Positions 30,292 to 32,225 of a stretch of DNA of 32,225 nt are shown in pieces. The stretch spans positions 1-32,225 of the forward strand of contig CANSDD010000002.1 in assembly GCA_947645535.1 (NCBI GenBank), given 5' to 3'. Position 1 is the first letter of the stretch; each line of letters begins with the position of its first letter. This DNA comes from an uncultured Mycoplasmatota bacterium. Its GTDB lineage: Bacteria; Bacillota_I; Bacilli_A; RF39; UBA660. Made by a program: the position numbers and the translations under genes. The notes beneath the pieces are model-generated. The model worked only from the letters and a program-made list of their open reading frames with translations, was not told the DNA's origin and ran no database searches.

Positions 30292-32225
30292 TTATTTTTT
30301 TACTTTTATTTTCTTTTTTGAAGGTTTTATTATTACACCTTTTTCGAATTGAAATCCCATATTTTGTAACCGTATTAGTTGCTCTTCATTAATTCTAATT
30401 TTTCCATTTTTAATAGATAATAATATATCTCCAATCTTATTTATTTCCTTATCTAATTGCTCTCCTGGATTTGGAAGTCTATGATTGATTTCATAAAATT
30501 GTTCTATCTTGTTTATGTTTAACTCTATTTTAACAAACTTAGGTGCAAATGAGAATCCAAGACATAAAAGTCTATTCATTTCTTCTTCAAGTAACTTTAT
30601 TTCTCCTTTTTTAATACTTTTTACAAAATATCCAATTGCTACTCCTTTATATGTTTCCTTTTGCTGTGGCAATCTTTTATTTTCATTATAAAATTCTTCT
30701 ACTAAAGTTAACTTTTCATCCACGTGTTTTCGCTTATTTTTTATTTTTGCATTTTGAAGGTTCATTCCAAGCTTTTCTAATTGTTTTCTTTGATTTTCTG
30801 TAATATTGATGTTTCCATCTATAATATCACTTAAAAATTCTCCTAATTTAATAGCCTGATACATTTCATTTTTCTGTGGTAATCTTCCTTTTTCATTGTA
30901 AAAAGCTTCTATTTTTTTTATCCCACGATTTGTTCTAATTATCATTACTTCTTTACAAAATCCTAGTATTTTTAATCTTTCCAATTGTTCTTCTGTAATT
31001 TTCGTAATTCCTCTTTGAATACAATTTAAGAATATTCCAAGTGCTACTCCTTTATATTTTTCTCTTCTTCTTGGTAATCTTCCATTTTCTCTATAAAATT
31101 CTTCTACTAATTTAATTTTTTCTTCTTTCCTTTTCTCATTTTCCACTTCAGTATTTCCATAATTCAATTGAAAGCCAATATTTTCTAGTCTTTGTCTTTG
31201 TGCCATGGTAATATGTGTTTGTCCTCTTTTAATATTTGTCAGAAATATTCCAATTTTTACTGTTTTATATATTTCATTCTGACTTGGCATTCTTCCTGTT
31301 TCATTATAATATTCTTCTACCAATGATAATTTATACTCTTTTTCTTTTTCTTTATCTTTCGTTTCTAATATAAATCCTAGTTTTTCTAATCTTTTTAATT
31401 GTTCTTCCATTATTTTTGTATTTCCAGATTTTATACTATTTAAGAAATTTCCTATTGTTACTTCTTTATATTTTTCATTCGTTTTTGGTAATCTTCCATA
31501 TGTTTCATGAAACTCTTCTACTAGTTTTATTTTTTCTTCTTTTTCTTCTTCAATATTTTTTATTTCTACTATAAATCCTAACTTTAATAATCTATTCATT
31601 TGCGCTTCTGTTATTTTTGTATCACCTTGTTTTATATGAACTAAAAAACTTCCTAGTGCTATTTCTTTATATTTTTCTCCCTGTTTTGGTAATCTCTTAT
31701 TTTCTTTATAAAACATTTCTATTAAGCAAATCTTATATTCTTTACTTGTATATGTTTGTAACATACTTTCTATATCATTTAATGTATCAAAAACTTCTCT
31801 TACTTCTTCTAATACTTCAAAACTTTCTATTTTTTTAAATTCTTCTTCATTTATTTTATTCTCTTTTATTAGTTGCTCTCTTTTCTTTCTTACTTTATCT
31901 AAAAATACTTTAATATCTTTATTTGACCTACTATTATTCACAATATCATATATTGTTACACTATTATTTCCTAAAGTTAATCCTCTACCTAATTGTTGAA
32001 TAAATAAATTTGGTGATATTGTTGGTCTAAGCATTATTATATTGTCTATATTGGGATCATGAAATCCTTCATTTAACATATCTATACAAAATAATAATTT
32101 TAAATGATTATTATTGGAATAATAAAATGATTTTAGTACTTCTTCATTTTTATTATTTCCATAATAAACCGAATAAATATCCATCTCTGGATTTACTTTC
32201 GAAAACCATTTATATGCTTCTTCTA
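30292..32225 (-). CDS. SF2 (DEAD/DEAH or type III restriction Res-like) helicase, C-terminal part only, with seven HA (helicase-associated) domain repeats
   Basis: The frame stays open to the window edge (..EEAYKWFSKVNPEMDIY..), so the N-terminus is off-window. The helicase C-domain reads LLFCIDMLNEGFHDPNIDNIIMLRPT and motif VI reads QQLGRGLT. Seven repeats of about 55-65 aa follow the pattern F(Y)xENxRLPxxxExYKxxxxGxFLxxIKxGxxKIxEEQxxRLxxLGF. Confidence 0.85.
   Translation of the reverse strand, partial: EEAYKWFSKVNPEMDIYSVYYGNNKNEEVLKSFYYSNNNHLKLLFCIDMLNEGFHDPNIDNIIMLRPTISPNLFIQQLGRGLTLGNNSVTIYDIVNNSRSNKDIKVFLDKVRKKREQLIKENKINEEEFKKIESFEVLEEVREVFDTLNDIESMLQTYTSKEYKICLIEMFYKENKRLPKQGEKYKEIALGSFLVHIKQGDTKITEAQMNRLLKLGFIVEIKNIEEEKEEKIKLVEEFHETYGRLPKTNEKYKEVTIGNFLNSIKSGNTKIMEEQLKRLEKLGFILETKDKEKEKEYKLSLVEEYYNETGRMPSQNEIYKTVKIGIFLTNIKRGQTHITMAQRQRLENIGFQLNYGNTEVENEKRKEEKIKLVEEFYRENGRLPRRREKYKGVALGIFLNCIQRGITKITEEQLERLKILGFCKEVMIIRTNRGIKKIEAFYNEKGRLPQKNEMYQAIKLGEFLSDIIDGNINITENQRKQLEKLGMNLQNAKIKNKRKHVDEKLTLVEEFYNENKRLPQQKETYKGVAIGYFVKSIKKGEIKLLEEEMNRLLCLGFSFAPKFVKIELNINKIEQFYEINHRLPNPGEQLDKEINKIGDILLSIKNGKIRINEEQLIRLQNMGFQFEKGVIIKPSKKKIKVKK
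30343..31737 (-). repeat. Array of seven tandem coding repeats (HA domains) inside the helicase gene
   Basis: The repeats start at about aa 150, 218, 286, 357, 422, 492 and 557 of the track translation. They are joined by E/K-rich linkers. Confidence 0.8.

Noticed and set aside
30343-31737. Regularly spaced repeats that could superficially suggest a CRISPR-like or satellite array.
   Set aside because: The repeats are about 200 nt long and diverged at the DNA level. They lie in one continuous reading frame and correspond to protein HA domains. There is no short identical repeat and unique spacer structure.
1-32225. Whether this AT-rich genome uses an alternative genetic code (TGA as Trp or Gly, as in Mollicutes or Gracilibacteria).
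   Set aside because: Long conserved genes are intact under the standard code. Trp is encoded by TGG in conserved positions, and TGA terminates murT in the ATGA overlap with gatD. The single in-frame TGA at 28028-28030 is therefore treated as a lesion rather than recoding.

Overview
This is a very AT-rich (roughly 27-28% GC by eye) Firmicutes chromosomal segment. It uses the standard code: TGA acts as a stop at the murT/gatD ATGA overlap, and Trp is encoded by TGG. Nearly all genes are on the minus strand.

The backbone is a conserved housekeeping and sporulation neighbourhood. In order it reads yqfC, yqfD, VanZ, ybeY, a RhuM remnant, cdd, era, yqzL, DUF1653, recO, a YuiD-like gene, a 581-aa membrane protein, and glyQS with a T-box leader. 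Further genes are murT plus a gatD-like gene on the plus strand, pheS-pheT with a canonical Phe T-box, an NfeD-SPFH-CPBP operon, and a PBP5-type carboxypeptidase.

No rRNA, tRNA, CRISPR array, transposase or integrase was seen.

The accessory or odd content, in my order of interest:
1. A three-gene unit at 1824-5125. It holds a 58-aa protein, an 832-aa protein with a large cytoplasmic N-domain joined by one TM helix to a class B sortase domain, and a small secreted SPNTG-anchored substrate.
2. A GatD homolog in which both catalytic residues appear substituted.
3. A MATE transporter fused to a cytidylate-kinase-like domain.
4. Two orphan promoter-to-terminator units of about 110 nt each, which are candidate sRNAs or attenuators.
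5. A 23-bp perfect direct repeat bracketing an HD-hydrolase cassette.
6. An unusually compact glyQS T-box leader.
7. Two decayed genes (RhuM-like and AAA/DUF4143-like) and one ORF interrupted by an in-frame TGA.
8. A 5-prime-truncated SF2 helicase gene with seven tandem HA-domain repeats that runs off the right edge.

All family assignments come from by-eye motif recognition. No searches were run.
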